NCBI GenBank assembly: GCA_016935665.1
Contig: JAFGQN010000073.1
Location: 21,943 to 85,942, forward strand
Length of the DNA: 64,000 nucleotides
Reading direction: 5' to 3'
Source: Deltaproteobacteria bacterium
GTDB taxonomy: Bacteria > Myxococcota_A > Polyangia > JAAYKL01
Under the pieces are notes generated by a model, which saw nothing but the letters and a program-made list of their open reading frames with translations, had not been told where the DNA came from and made no database searches. Position 1 is the first letter of the stretch. Each line of letters begins with the position of its first letter. A program made the translations under genes and the position numbers. Positions 30,839-40,808 of the stretch are shown here, piece after piece.

Positions 30839-31873
30839 ATGCGATGGATGTTTATTTGTGCAGGACTGTTGTTGTTGTTGTTGTTGAACGTACAGGTGAA
30901 TGCACAGACGGACGAAACAACGGATTGCGATGACGGTTGCATTCCATTTTCCGAGGTAAAGGAGCTGCAGGGCGATGGGGCGGCGACTCGCTCTAAATGT
31001 GCACCCGGTTGTGTCGCCATTGAGGAGATCAAATCAAGACAGCCACATCCATCGAGCGATGAGAACGAAAATGCCGCGACTGTCGTGACTTCAGCCCCTC
31101 AGGAGAGTGGCGCCATTGAAAAAGAGGATACTGGCGCAGTGACTGGACCTTCTGAGCGGTTGGTGGATGGGCGTCTCTCACAGCTGGTGCTCCAGCCCAC
31201 TGCGCTGGGACTGAAAAAACGTCAGGTGGCCATCACTGGATTTGGCGCCGGATACTGGCAGGGCGAAATAGGGGTGACCGACCATTTTTCGGTTTCCGCT
31301 TACACCGTTGTGCCCGCGACCATTGCTGGTTTCGGTTTGAAAACAAAGATACATACCCGACTGGGCTCCAATGCGGCCATCTCTCTGTCCGCCATGGGAA
31401 TCATTGGCGGTCCATACATTGAGGGTGGCGGCATTTTTATGATTACCGAAGTGATTCAACCCACCTTTACGCTGGTTACCACCGACAAGAAGCATTTGCT
31501 GAATTTCTCCTTTGCCGCAGGAGGTATGCAGCTGTGTGCCAGACAACATTTGTTTTCCTCGGATTATGACGACGACTACAACGGATATGAGTGTGAGGGG
31601 TTGGGGATGCTGCTTATGGCGCCACGACTGGGATACCGAGCAGCGTTGCATCGGCGCGTGGCCCTTTCGCTGGAGTGGTTGATGCCCCTGATTTCCGAGG
31701 AAGGCGATGAAAATGGACATATCCATCTCATCAGTTACAGCGTACAGATTCATGGAGATCTGCTGTTTTCGGATTTAGGGTTTCTGCTGCCCATCTGGGA
31801 TGAAATAGCAGACGAAATTTTTCAGTTTTTTCCTATTGGTATCCCATATTTCACTATTGGATTTAAAATCTGA
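30839..31873 (+). CDS. Secreted hypothetical protein
   Basis: Signal peptide MRWMFICAGLLLLLLLNVQVNAQ. GAGGTG sits 5 nt before the ATG at 30839. Confidence 0.45.
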   Translation: MRWMFICAGLLLLLLLNVQVNAQTDETTDCDDGCIPFSEVKELQGDGAATRSKCAPGCVAIEEIKSRQPHPSSDENENAATVVTSAPQESGAIEKEDTGAVTGPSERLVDGRLSQLVLQPTALGLKKRQVAITGFGAGYWQGEIGVTDHFSVSAYTVVPATIAGFGLKTKIHTRLGSNAAISLSAMGIIGGPYIEGGGIFMITEVIQPTFTLVTTDKKHLLNFSFAAGGMQLCARQHLFSSDYDDDYNGYECEGLGMLLMAPRLGYRAALHRRVALSLEWLMPLISEEGDENGHIHLISYSVQIHGDLLFSDLGFLLPIWDEIADEIFQFFPIGIPYFTIGFKI

Positions 31874-31917
31874 ATCCGGGGCGAGGTTCGAACCCTTTCA
31901 GAATTGAGATAACAGCG

Positions 31918-32799
31918 CTACTCCAGCACAGGGGTGTAGGTGGAGATGCATTCGATACTGGTGGTGATGTGGAAATTGGATTCGTTGGTGTGGCGCTCTG
32001 CATGGAAGATATCCATGGTGTACTCTTCGCCGGTGGTGAGCCCCAACGCGTCCAGATTAATTTGTCCGCTGGTTTGGGGATGAAGGCCACCAAGGTCCAT
32101 GGCCAGTTTGCCGTCAATAAACATCCACAAATCGTCATCCCCGGTAAATGAGAAGGTCTCACCGCCGCGGTAGTTGAATTTCAAGTGAACTTCGGTGGTG
32201 AAGTGATAGTTATGACCGTTGCCTTGATCGCCAAACGTCTGATTTTCAGCATTCCCTTCAGGGAATTGATCCAGCGGATAGAATGCGTTGTTGCGATACT
32301 CGTACATGCCGTTGCCAATGCTCGATAACGGTATTTTCACCTGAAATTCACGGCTGACGTTCGGGATGGACTGATACCATTGGGCAAATGAATCCGCGCT
32401 GGTAATTTGCTGGCCATACTGTGTTCCCTCACCGGTGCCGGCAAAGACCGGCTTGCTGTCGGCGCCCAATGTCTGTGCGACCAGTCCTTCGGTTTGCGAG
32501 CTGCCGCCGTATACTTCGAAATCGGGATGCTCGGATTTGAAATCGCGAATGGTAGCGACTATTTCGTGGCCACATGTGTCCGTCTCTGAGTCCTGGATGA
32601 AGGATGAATCGCGGCTGCTGTCTGTGCCTGGCGTGTTGTCCGAGCCATTGATGTTGTCGGTATCGTTGCTGTCGGTGGATGTGGCCTGGCCGTCCGAGTT
32701 GGAAATATCATCCGAGCATCCAACCATTGCTGCCAGAATCACAACACCAATGGCACACGTCCATCCGGTTAAAAGGTATTTTTGTTCAATTTTAAGCAT
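31918..32799 (-). CDS. Fibro-slime domain lipoprotein
   Basis: Lipobox AAMVGC, then a D/S/T-rich linker. The C-terminal domain has fibro-slime-like motifs FSFTGDDDLWMFIDGKLAMDLGGLH ... FHAERH. The start is taken at MLKIEQ, with GGAGAAAA upstream. Confidence 0.6.
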   Translation of the reverse strand: MLKIEQKYLLTGWTCAIGVVILAAMVGCSDDISNSDGQATSTDSNDTDNINGSDNTPGTDSSRDSSFIQDSETDTCGHEIVATIRDFKSEHPDFEVYGGSSQTEGLVAQTLGADSKPVFAGTGEGTQYGQQITSADSFAQWYQSIPNVSREFQVKIPLSSIGNGMYEYRNNAFYPLDQFPEGNAENQTFGDQGNGHNYHFTTEVHLKFNYRGGETFSFTGDDDLWMFIDGKLAMDLGGLHPQTSGQINLDALGLTTGEEYTMDIFHAERHTNESNFHITTSIECISTYTPVLE

Positions 32800-33027
32800 G
32801 TATTGTTTTCTCCTGGTTCCTGATGGTTGTTCTGCGTCAATTCGAAGTGGCGCGCTTCCTGGATTTTCCATTATACCTGAATACTATCGATAAAGAAAAT
32901 GGTGAAAAAAAACTTTGAACCAGTATCGAAGTGCCCTTGTGTTTTCAGTCACAATTGGATTAGCGATTGATGTTGGACGGGATGCTTTCAATCAAAATTT
33001 TACTCTTTTAGTAAAGTTCAATACTCT

Positions 33028-34545
33028 TTGCCAATGTCGATTCAAAATTCACGGCGTTTTTCACAGATTGTTTATGAGGCGTTCCATTTGCCAGGAACAG
33101 GAGCGTGGCGCTGGACAGAGGGAACCATCTGGTTTCTGATTGTTGTATCCAGCGTATTGATGTTGCTGGACTTTTTTTTGTGGGAAACACAACCTGACTG
33201 GCTTCGTATTCTCGACAAGGTGATTCTGGCGTTGTTTGCAATGGAACTGTTTTTAAGAATTCTCACGTATCGTTCCAGCACAACCGACGTTTTTTCCGGG
33301 GGACATCTGTGGCGAGCGCGAACGCATTTGTCAGATCGGTTGCTGTTCCTCATATCGCCTTTGCAACTGCTGGATTTGGTCGTGATTTTAACGTTTTTGC
33401 CTCAGCTGCGGGGACTGCGGATTTTGCGATTGCTGCGTCTGGCCAGAGGCCTGAGATTGTTCAGATATTCCGACCCGTTAAAAGATCTGGTGCGTACATT
33501 TGAAGAAAATTCACTGCTTTATGCGTTCACGTTTTTCTTTCTGACGGCAGTGGTCACCCTTGGGGGAATATCATTTTACCTGGTGGAATCCGGCGTCAAT
33601 CCGTCGGTGACGTCGGTGCAGGATGGCATATGGTGGGCTCTGGTGACCGTTACCACCGTGGGCTACGGCGATGTGACACCGGCGGTTCTGCCTCTGGGCC
33701 GTGTGATTGCGGGCGTGATTATGGTTCTGGGGATGTTTACACTGGCGCTGTTTGCCGGTATTGTCAGCAGCACGCTGCTTCGCGTGTTGATTAATTTGCG
33801 GGGAGATCAGTTTCGCATGTCCAATTACACCAATCATATTGTGGTTGTCGGCTACAATGACGCCTGCAATCTATTACTGGATGCGTTGCTCAAGGAAACC
33901 AGTTCCGCTCAAAATGAGCTGCTGATTTTTGCTGAGGGCGAACGCCCCAGGGAGTTGTCGCCGGACTTTATCTGGGTCAGCGGCAATCCAGGGCGAGAAA
34001 GCGAACTGGACAAGGTGCGGTTGTCTCACGCCAAAACCGCAATAGTCGTGGGCGCCCGTCACATGGCGCCGTCGCAGGCGGATGCCACCACTATCATGAC
34101 CGTGTTCACCATCCGTTCGTACATGGCGAAACAGTCCATGACAGAAAAACGTAAAACGCCCATTTACATCGTTGCGGAAATACTGGACCCGGAAAATGTG
34201 GCGCATGCCACCACGGCAGGCGCAGACGAAGTGATTGAAACCACCCGATTGGGTTTTTCAATGATGGCCCATGCCGCCCTGGTGCCTGGCAGCGGCACGA
34301 TTATGTCCAATGTGGCTTCGGCCGGCGCCCACAGTTTGTATATTACTCCCAATCCGGAACAGAGCGAGATGACGTTTGATGCATTGGCAGATAAACTTCA
34401 CCGGCAATTTGGCATCATATTGCTGGGATTGCGCAACCCCCAAAATGCGAAAGTGAGAATGGATCCCGGCGATGATACCCCTGTCCCAACCAACGTGGAG
34501 CTGGTATATCTGTCCAGGACCCCAATCCCGTCAGACGCGGCATAA
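33028..34545 (+). CDS. Voltage-gated potassium channel with C-terminal RCK (TrkA-N) domain
   Basis: S4 arginine ladder LRGLRILRLLRLARGLRLFRY. Selectivity filter TTVGYGD. RCK Rossmann HIVVVGYNDACNLL. Confidence 0.85.
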   Translation: MPMSIQNSRRFSQIVYEAFHLPGTGAWRWTEGTIWFLIVVSSVLMLLDFFLWETQPDWLRILDKVILALFAMELFLRILTYRSSTTDVFSGGHLWRARTHLSDRLLFLISPLQLLDLVVILTFLPQLRGLRILRLLRLARGLRLFRYSDPLKDLVRTFEENSLLYAFTFFFLTAVVTLGGISFYLVESGVNPSVTSVQDGIWWALVTVTTVGYGDVTPAVLPLGRVIAGVIMVLGMFTLALFAGIVSSTLLRVLINLRGDQFRMSNYTNHIVVVGYNDACNLLLDALLKETSSAQNELLIFAEGERPRELSPDFIWVSGNPGRESELDKVRLSHAKTAIVVGARHMAPSQADATTIMTVFTIRSYMAKQSMTEKRKTPIYIVAEILDPENVAHATTAGADEVIETTRLGFSMMAHAALVPGSGTIMSNVASAGAHSLYITPNPEQSEMTFDALADKLHRQFGIILLGLRNPQNAKVRMDPGDDTPVPTNVELVYLSRTPIPSDAA

Positions 34546-34602
34546 ATGCGATTTTTTGAGCGTGATTGAAATCCGGATGTGTTTAAAAAGATGAGAGCAC
34601 GA

Positions 34603-35193
34603 ATGAAGAAGATTCAAATGATACAGATATTGGCCATCATCGCGTTGATGTGGGTGGCCTGTGATAACTGTGAAAAAAAAGAGGTGGCCGCCTTGCTGAT
34701 GCCGTCGGGCAATGAGGATTCGCTGGTCGCCACATCGGTCACCTGGCACGAGATACCATCGGGAATCAGTTGTCTGGACAGCCGGTTTTTTGAAATATCC
34801 AACACATGGCCAAAAGCGGAAGTGGTCGCGGACCTGCGGGCCATGAGCGGTCATTCAATCTACAACGGTTTCAAGGCAGGCGCGCTCATCATTCGAAGTG
34901 AGGCCGCGTTCAACGGCATACGGGATTTGGGATGCCTCGAAGGACTGGACCCATTTTTGAATATTGACTGGATAACGCAAACACTGATTGTCACCCACGT
35001 TCAAAGCGATGCAGGCTGCCTTGAGTCAACAGACATCGCCATGCAGCAAAATGAGAGAGCCCAGGCGAGATTGACCGTTACTGTGACGTATTCCCCGGAC
35101 GGTGGCTGTACATTCGATTTCCCCCGGTCTTTCGTGGTGGATACGGCATCCGTGGCCGCCAGAGTGTCCATCGTTGCCGGATGTGGTGAATAG
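34603..35193 (+). CDS. Hypothetical lipoprotein
   Basis: Hydrophobic leader ending LMWVAC. The start is uncertain (34579 GTG, or ATG at 34591 or 34603). Confidence 0.4.
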   Translation: MKKIQMIQILAIIALMWVACDNCEKKEVAALLMPSGNEDSLVATSVTWHEIPSGISCLDSRFFEISNTWPKAEVVADLRAMSGHSIYNGFKAGALIIRSEAAFNGIRDLGCLEGLDPFLNIDWITQTLIVTHVQSDAGCLESTDIAMQQNERAQARLTVTVTYSPDGGCTFDFPRSFVVDTASVAARVSIVAGCGE

Positions 35194-35400
35194 ACCGACG
35201 CAAATTTTCTGTTGATCCAGCCGACTCTCGTCGTTCAACAGCGCCATTTGACATTTCTTACTATCCAACGGGTCGCTCCAGAGGATGGGATTTCCATGTT
35301 TTTGCCAAACATTACACCTGTTTTTAATGGTGACGGATACACTGCTGGGTGGAGACGCGCATTTTATAATTTTTAAAAAAAACCAGGAGACACATTAAAA

Positions 35401-36525
35401 ATGAAAAATCTACTCAAATTGTTATTTCTATTCGCTTTTTTATGTTCGTGTTCCACTTCTGAATCCGGCGACGGGACGGAAACGGACAATTCTGATTTGC
35501 TATCTGGCAATTCGGATGCCGATTCCGATACGGATAGCGATGGAGATACGGACACGGATGGAGATACGGACACGGATGGAGATACGGACACGGATGGAGA
35601 CACGGACACGGATGGAGACACGGACACGGATGGGGATACCGACACGGATGGGGATACCGACACGGACGGAGATACCGACACGGATGGGGATACCGACACG
35701 GACGGGGATACGGACACGGATGGGGACACCGACACCGATACGGACGGCGATGATGTGAAGGTTTTCCTTGCAGGGGATGACGTCAATTCGAATGGACCTT
35801 TGGAAACTGTTGTTGAAGAAAACATTAATTTCAGCGGCGGTGGCAATATTCTTGTTCGACCTAAAACGCTCACCGACGAACCAAACACGAAGCATCCGGT
35901 TGCTATCTGGGGACCCGGCGGCGGTACGCCACCAGGCGATTATTTGCAGCTTTTAACCCGCATGGCCTCTCAGGGGTTTGTCGTTGTGGGCATTCGAGAG
36001 TCAAGCGGTGGCGCCGAGCTGATGTCCGCGGCCATTGACTGGTTGGAAGAGCAAAATGGCGATTCGAACAGCCCAATGTATGACAAGCTCATTCTGAATC
36101 GTGTTGGTGTTTTCGGCCATTCCATGGGTGGTCTTTCTTCTGAAGCAACGGCTCTGGTGGATAGTCGTGTGACGACAGCGCTTTTGGACAACAGCGGCGC
36201 CTTCGACCATGATCAATTGGTAAATATGAAAGTTCCTGCAGGTATCATTTATGGTGAAGACGGTATGGAAAGACCAAATGCCGAAGGTGATTACAATAAT
36301 GCGGGAAACAAGGGACCATGCTGGCTGGGAATGATGGCGGGAGGCGGCCATGGCTCTGGCCCCTGGGACGGTGCCGCTGCAAACGTGGCCTGGATGCGCT
36401 GGCACATTGGCGGCGAAAATGCCCGTAAAGATGCGTTCCTTGGGCAAGGTGGCGCATACAATAATACGGGCATTTGGACCACCAAATCGAAGAATTGGGA
36501 CGGTTGGAAAAACTGGAACGAATAG
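35401..36525 (+). CDS. Secreted lipoprotein esterase/lipase-like alpha/beta hydrolase with (GDTDTD)n acidic repeat linker
   Basis: Lipobox FLCSCS. An acidic repeat linker of about 80 aa. Hydrolase domain with the GHSMGG nucleophile elbow and a VAIWGPGGG oxyanion region. Confidence 0.7.
   Translation: MKNLLKLLFLFAFLCSCSTSESGDGTETDNSDLLSGNSDADSDTDSDGDTDTDGDTDTDGDTDTDGDTDTDGDTDTDGDTDTDGDTDTDGDTDTDGDTDTDGDTDTDGDTDTDTDGDDVKVFLAGDDVNSNGPLETVVEENINFSGGGNILVRPKTLTDEPNTKHPVAIWGPGGGTPPGDYLQLLTRMASQGFVVVGIRESSGGAELMSAAIDWLEEQNGDSNSPMYDKLILNRVGVFGHSMGGLSSEATALVDSRVTTALLDNSGAFDHDQLVNMKVPAGIIYGEDGMERPNAEGDYNNAGNKGPCWLGMMAGGGHGSGPWDGAAANVAWMRWHIGGENARKDAFLGQGGAYNNTGIWTTKSKNWDGWKNWNE
35515..35750 (+). repeat. 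18-bp tandem repeat array (about 13 units; GATGGRGATACSGACACG) inside the esterase lipoprotein gene
   Basis: Directly visible perfect and near-perfect 18-bp units. They generate artefactual ORFs in other frames on both strands. Confidence 0.9.
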
Positions 36526-36759
36526 TATTGGAGATGGACACATGGAAATGTGTCTTACCTGCCGTTAGTTCGTTCACTCCCTGGACGAAATTTTTTCGAA
36601 AATCCCCGATAAATTCAGGTCGCCGCAGATAATCCGTGCGTATCAAAGGGATAATGTGCCAATAGCCACTACTCATAAGCGTTGTACTGGGGCTTCTGAT
36701 TTTGCAGCGTCGGTGTCCCGGAGTATATTCAAAAAAGCAATTCTCTATCAGGAGGGGGC

Positions 36760-37128
36760 ATGGACAGCAAAGTGAATGTGAGGTGGACAACCATTGGCAG
36801 GCACGAGTGTCTGCGTTTTGGGTTTAGCGAAAATCTGACTGAAGGGTCCGCCATGGATGCCATCATGCGTTGGGACAAGGCTTTCGGGGAACGTCCAGGA
36901 GAAAAAAAAACGTTGATATGGGCCGCGCAGGATATGAAAGCATACGAAAGTGGCGCCCGGACGCTCTGGACCAACGCTCTTAGACACATGAAAAATCAAA
37001 TCGATCAGATCTGGCTGGTAACCACGTCAAACGTGGTATCGATGGGAGCATCGCTAATGAGCGTCGTTATTGGCATCCCAATAAAAACTGTTAAATCCGA
37101 ACAGCAGTTGTATCAAAAGCTCCAGTAA
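36760..37128 (+). CDS. Hypothetical protein
   Basis: 122 aa. AGGAGGGGGC immediately precedes the ATG. Confidence 0.45.
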   Translation: MDSKVNVRWTTIGRHECLRFGFSENLTEGSAMDAIMRWDKAFGERPGEKKTLIWAAQDMKAYESGARTLWTNALRHMKNQIDQIWLVTTSNVVSMGASLMSVVIGIPIKTVKSEQQLYQKLQ

Positions 37129-37233
37129 CACAACGATAACATGTCGTGTCACAATTTGAGTCTCGGAGTATCGATAGCAGTAAGGAATTGAATTCTTTCA
37201 TTAATTTTTAAATACGCTAAATAAGTTTGCGCT

Positions 37234-38028
37234 TCATCGACGCAATCCGGCGGTCCCTTCCAGCAGCATTCCCCTGATGCGTTGGACTTTGTCCCGTGCC
37301 ACAGGCACACGGAGCGCACTGCCTGTTTCGTCGTGAGAGTCACCCACTCGGAGTGTCCATCCCAGTTCATCTTTTTCCATCGCCAGAATGTGTGCAGTAC
37401 TGACCACCCAATTTCGATGCACACGGAGCCCTGTTAGCCCCATCGCCGACTCCATGACTGCAAGGGACACGTCAATGTCAAAACGGCCAGCTGCACTATG
37501 AACAAACGCCAGTCGTTCCGATGCCTCGAACGCCCATACCTCGTGAGGCGGAAGGAAAACCAGGCCATTTCGATTTCTGGCCACCACGCGAGAGGGGACG
37601 GGATTGGCAGCAGAGGGGCGTCGGCGTGTAATCCGTGACAGACATTCCGCCACCCGTCTTTCGGTAAATGGCTTTAAAAGATAATCCGCCACATCCAAAT
37701 CAAACGCCTCCATGGCATGCTGTTTATACGCTGTGGCCAACACAAACAGCGGCGCTCTGTCATGCCGCGAAAAATCACGCACGATGGCCAGACCGGCGTC
37801 TTTGCATCCGGATGACGCGAGACTAATATCCACAAAAGCGACATCCAGATGAAGCTCACCGTTTTCCAACGCCTGCCGTGCCTCGCTCTCGGTTGCCACC
37901 GCTGCAACCACCTGGGCCTGCCCCGTGGAATGAAGCAGTTCCACCAGATATGCTCGGGCGGGGCGTTCGTCTTCCACCACCAGCGCCCGAACCGGTGTTT
38001 CAAATGGCCATGATTCCTTGGTTGTCAT
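37234..38028 (-). CDS. LytTR-family response regulator
   Basis: REC domain (ALVVEDERPARAYL ... D) and a C-terminal LytTR DNA-binding domain. ATGA overlap with the upstream kinase stop. Confidence 0.8.
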   Translation of the reverse strand: MTTKESWPFETPVRALVVEDERPARAYLVELLHSTGQAQVVAAVATESEARQALENGELHLDVAFVDISLASSGCKDAGLAIVRDFSRHDRAPLFVLATAYKQHAMEAFDLDVADYLLKPFTERRVAECLSRITRRRPSAANPVPSRVVARNRNGLVFLPPHEVWAFEASERLAFVHSAAGRFDIDVSLAVMESAMGLTGLRVHRNWVVSTAHILAMEKDELGWTLRVGDSHDETGSALRVPVARDKVQRIRGMLLEGTAGLRR

Positions 38029-39218
38029 GTCAATGCTCCAGGAATTACCAGCGACACTCTGCAACCCGGTTTGGCAGCATGAATGGTCATTGACGCTCCA
38101 GGAAAGGTATGGACCAATCGCTCACGCACCAGTTTCAGTCCAACGCCTTCGCTGGCCAATGGGTTCATCCCCGGGCCATTGTCAGAAATATCCATATGAA
38201 TATCCCTGCCATCCACGCCTGCGCAAATGCGCACAACACCGGGAGAATCACGCCGCAGGGCACCGTGTTCAATGGCATTCTCCACCAGTGGTTGCAACAG
38301 CATTCTGGGTACCATCGCCGACGTGGATGCATCATCCACATCCCACTTAAATGCAATCCGCTCGGCATATCGTGCCTCTATGATTTCAACATAGCGTTCG
38401 AGCCACGCCATTTCGCTTTGCAAAGAGACCATTTCACTGCTGTCTTCAAGAGAATCTCTAAGAAGGTCGCCTAACGCAGCCAACACATTTCGAGCCTTCT
38501 TTGCATCGGCAGTGGTCAGTCCTGCCACTGTATTTAGAGTATTCAGCAGAAAATGAGGATGAAGATTCGACCGAAGTTGCGCCAGTTCCGCCTTTGCTCT
38601 CGCACTTTCCGCCACAAGCACACGCTCCCGTTCGTCATCCAGTTTTTTGGGGAAATAGAAGACCAGCATCCAGCAGCCCAATACGATCAGACCCGTAATA
38701 CCGTACCAAAACCAGACCAGCTCCGGAGATTTCACGCTAACAGGCACATGCAGCCTTACAACGAGCCATCCCCAGACCATACTAAACAGCACAGCCACAA
38801 ACAGTGCGTTTTTTCCCATCCATCCGCGTCGTTCAACAACCGCATATCCGACAAAAAGAATGAATGCCTGCAGCACAATTGCCATCGACGCCCATATGGA
38901 GGGCTGCAGTGGATTGTCTTTTTCTATGAAATCGTGTGCAACGTGGGCAACACACAAAAACAACACCGCCCCTCCACCTCGGAGATAGTGTTTCACAGCA
39001 CTGCCGGACTTTATATTCATGGCGCATTCATACCATGTCAACGGCCATCTCGAAATGGTGAATTGTGTTTCTGACGCAGGGGCAAATCGTTTTTGTTTTT
39101 TCCCATGCCTTTCGCCCCATCCGGGGCAACCGAGAAGCTGCCTGCCCAAAGCACGCACCAATACAGCGAATCCCTTGTTAAAATATTTGGCCCCCGCCCC
39201 TGTTTTCTTTTTAATCAT
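38025..39218 (-). CDS. LytS/YehU-type sensor histidine kinase
   Basis: His-kinase motif LRSNLHPHFLLNTLNTVAGL and a C-terminal HATPase_c. N-terminal TM helices. The start is uncertain. Confidence 0.75.
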   Translation of the reverse strand: MIKKKTGAGAKYFNKGFAVLVRALGRQLLGCPGWGERHGKKQKRFAPASETQFTISRWPLTWYECAMNIKSGSAVKHYLRGGGAVLFLCVAHVAHDFIEKDNPLQPSIWASMAIVLQAFILFVGYAVVERRGWMGKNALFVAVLFSMVWGWLVVRLHVPVSVKSPELVWFWYGITGLIVLGCWMLVFYFPKKLDDERERVLVAESARAKAELAQLRSNLHPHFLLNTLNTVAGLTTADAKKARNVLAALGDLLRDSLEDSSEMVSLQSEMAWLERYVEIIEARYAERIAFKWDVDDASTSAMVPRMLLQPLVENAIEHGALRRDSPGVVRICAGVDGRDIHMDISDNGPGMNPLASEGVGLKLVRERLVHTFPGASMTIHAAKPGCRVSLVIPGALT

Positions 39219-39516
39219 ATGCCAAAACCCCCGCGAAATAATCCATACAAAAGCAACTGTTTTCGTTTTTTACCCGCAGGATAAATATATCCTTAATAGT
39301 GGCCCGCATTAGACGTTTCAGACCGACATGTTCTCTACGGATACCAGCACCCCCCATTGCCCTACGAACCGGTTTCAAGACATCGGTTCGTGGGCAGTAA
39401 AGCACGGTCGGTGAAACAGTGGATACCAACCGTCTGACATGTCGAACAATTCCTTTTTTCTAAAATACAATGCAATATAAAGCAGATATTCACAGTTCAG
39501 GGAAAGGCGCTTTTAC

Positions 39517-40602
39517 ATGATATATCCTCACATGCCAGCCTGGGTTATTAACCTTTCATGGTTCGCGCTTGTATTCCTCGCACTTTTCTCATCCCGGATT
39601 CACGCATCTCAACCCCATGAAAAAGACATGCAGGGTATACCTCGCTATGGGCAGCCTGTTGCATTTGGCGAATATGTACATCCTCCCGCCACACGGCTTA
39701 TCTTAAAACATTTGACAGCCGTTCGTTACAATCCACTCGGTGTGGTTGATGTCATTCATTTTGGCGTTCAAAGGGTTCTGTTTCGCAAAGAGCATCCGGT
39801 TACTCGCAGCAATTACGTATACTCCGGCGTTCGTTTGAAAATTACGCCCACATCCCTCAAACCGGGCGTCGTCCTGGAGTTGGCGCCCCTCAGCGTTTTA
39901 ACAATACAAACCAGTGCGCAATGGATGCAGTATTTTCATACCTTCAATTCGTTTCAATCGTTTGCTTCAGCCAAAGATGACTATGCCGACAAAACACTGT
40001 CGGAACGCGCCGACGAGGAACGCAGCTATGCCACCAGTGGCCTTTCAGCCGATGTGAGCCCCATACTGCAATTCCGAGTGCCAATCGGTAAAAAGAATAA
40101 CCAGGGAAGCCCGCGCTTTTTTATCGCCATTCGCAATCAATTATGCATGGCCTATCACCGCATGAACACCAAAGACGCCTCCTTTCAAAATGGACGCAAA
40201 GATCCTGTGTGGTACAGTAACGAGCTGGACACACTGGCGTCCACAAATGGCTGGACCCTGCAAAATCGACTCGATGTGATACTGATGACCCGAATCCGAC
40301 TCAATGTCGGTGTGCACTACGAAGCGGTGCGGCCCATTTACAGAAATACCGATTTTCGAACGGCTAAAGAGGCTGATTCATACCGCAACGAAAACAGCCA
40401 TCACCGTCTGGGGCCCCTCATTGCGTATCGTTTTTTTGACCGCGCCTATACCCGCTTCAACCGCCCAACACTCATCTTTTCCGCCCACTGGTACCTGTCC
40501 CATCGCTGGAGACACGGCGCCGAAATTCCAACCGCGCTTCCTTACATGCTTCTGGCCTTCTCTTTCCAATCAGACTTTCTCCATGGGCCGCAAAAAAACT
40601 GA
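39517..40602 (+). CDS. Secreted hypothetical protein
   Basis: Signal peptide (NLSWFALVFLALFSSRIHA). First gene of a three-gene same-strand cluster. Confidence 0.45.
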   Translation: MIYPHMPAWVINLSWFALVFLALFSSRIHASQPHEKDMQGIPRYGQPVAFGEYVHPPATRLILKHLTAVRYNPLGVVDVIHFGVQRVLFRKEHPVTRSNYVYSGVRLKITPTSLKPGVVLELAPLSVLTIQTSAQWMQYFHTFNSFQSFASAKDDYADKTLSERADEERSYATSGLSADVSPILQFRVPIGKKNNQGSPRFFIAIRNQLCMAYHRMNTKDASFQNGRKDPVWYSNELDTLASTNGWTLQNRLDVILMTRIRLNVGVHYEAVRPIYRNTDFRTAKEADSYRNENSHHRLGPLIAYRFFDRAYTRFNRPTLIFSAHWYLSHRWRHGAEIPTALPYMLLAFSFQSDFLHGPQKN

Positions 40603-40808
40603 CCCCTGGGATGGCTGCCCAATTTCGTATACCCAATGCCATCTCATAACCACGATAAAATATGCGGATATTCGACGCGCGCCTGAAATAGGGGTGTTCA
40701 ATCGGCTATTGGGAGAGTGTCAGCAATTTTTTCATCCAATTTTACCGCCATCGTTTTGCCGCTATATTAAGTGTTTCGCAATTTTCATCGTTTTTGGGAG
40801 GCTTATCC

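Noticed and set aside
35373-35895. Minus-strand ORFs 35373..35888 and 35500..35895, and the plus-strand ORF 35516..35758
   Set aside because: These are alternative-frame and antisense readings of the 18-bp tandem repeat (poly-SPSVSV / RIRV translations). The real gene is the plus-strand frame 35401..36525, which has a lipobox and a hydrolase domain.
36001-36790. Minus-strand ORFs 36001..36543 and 36245..36790
   Set aside because: They are antisense to the esterase hydrolase domain and extend into the intergenic spacer. Pro/His/Arg-rich translations and no RBS.
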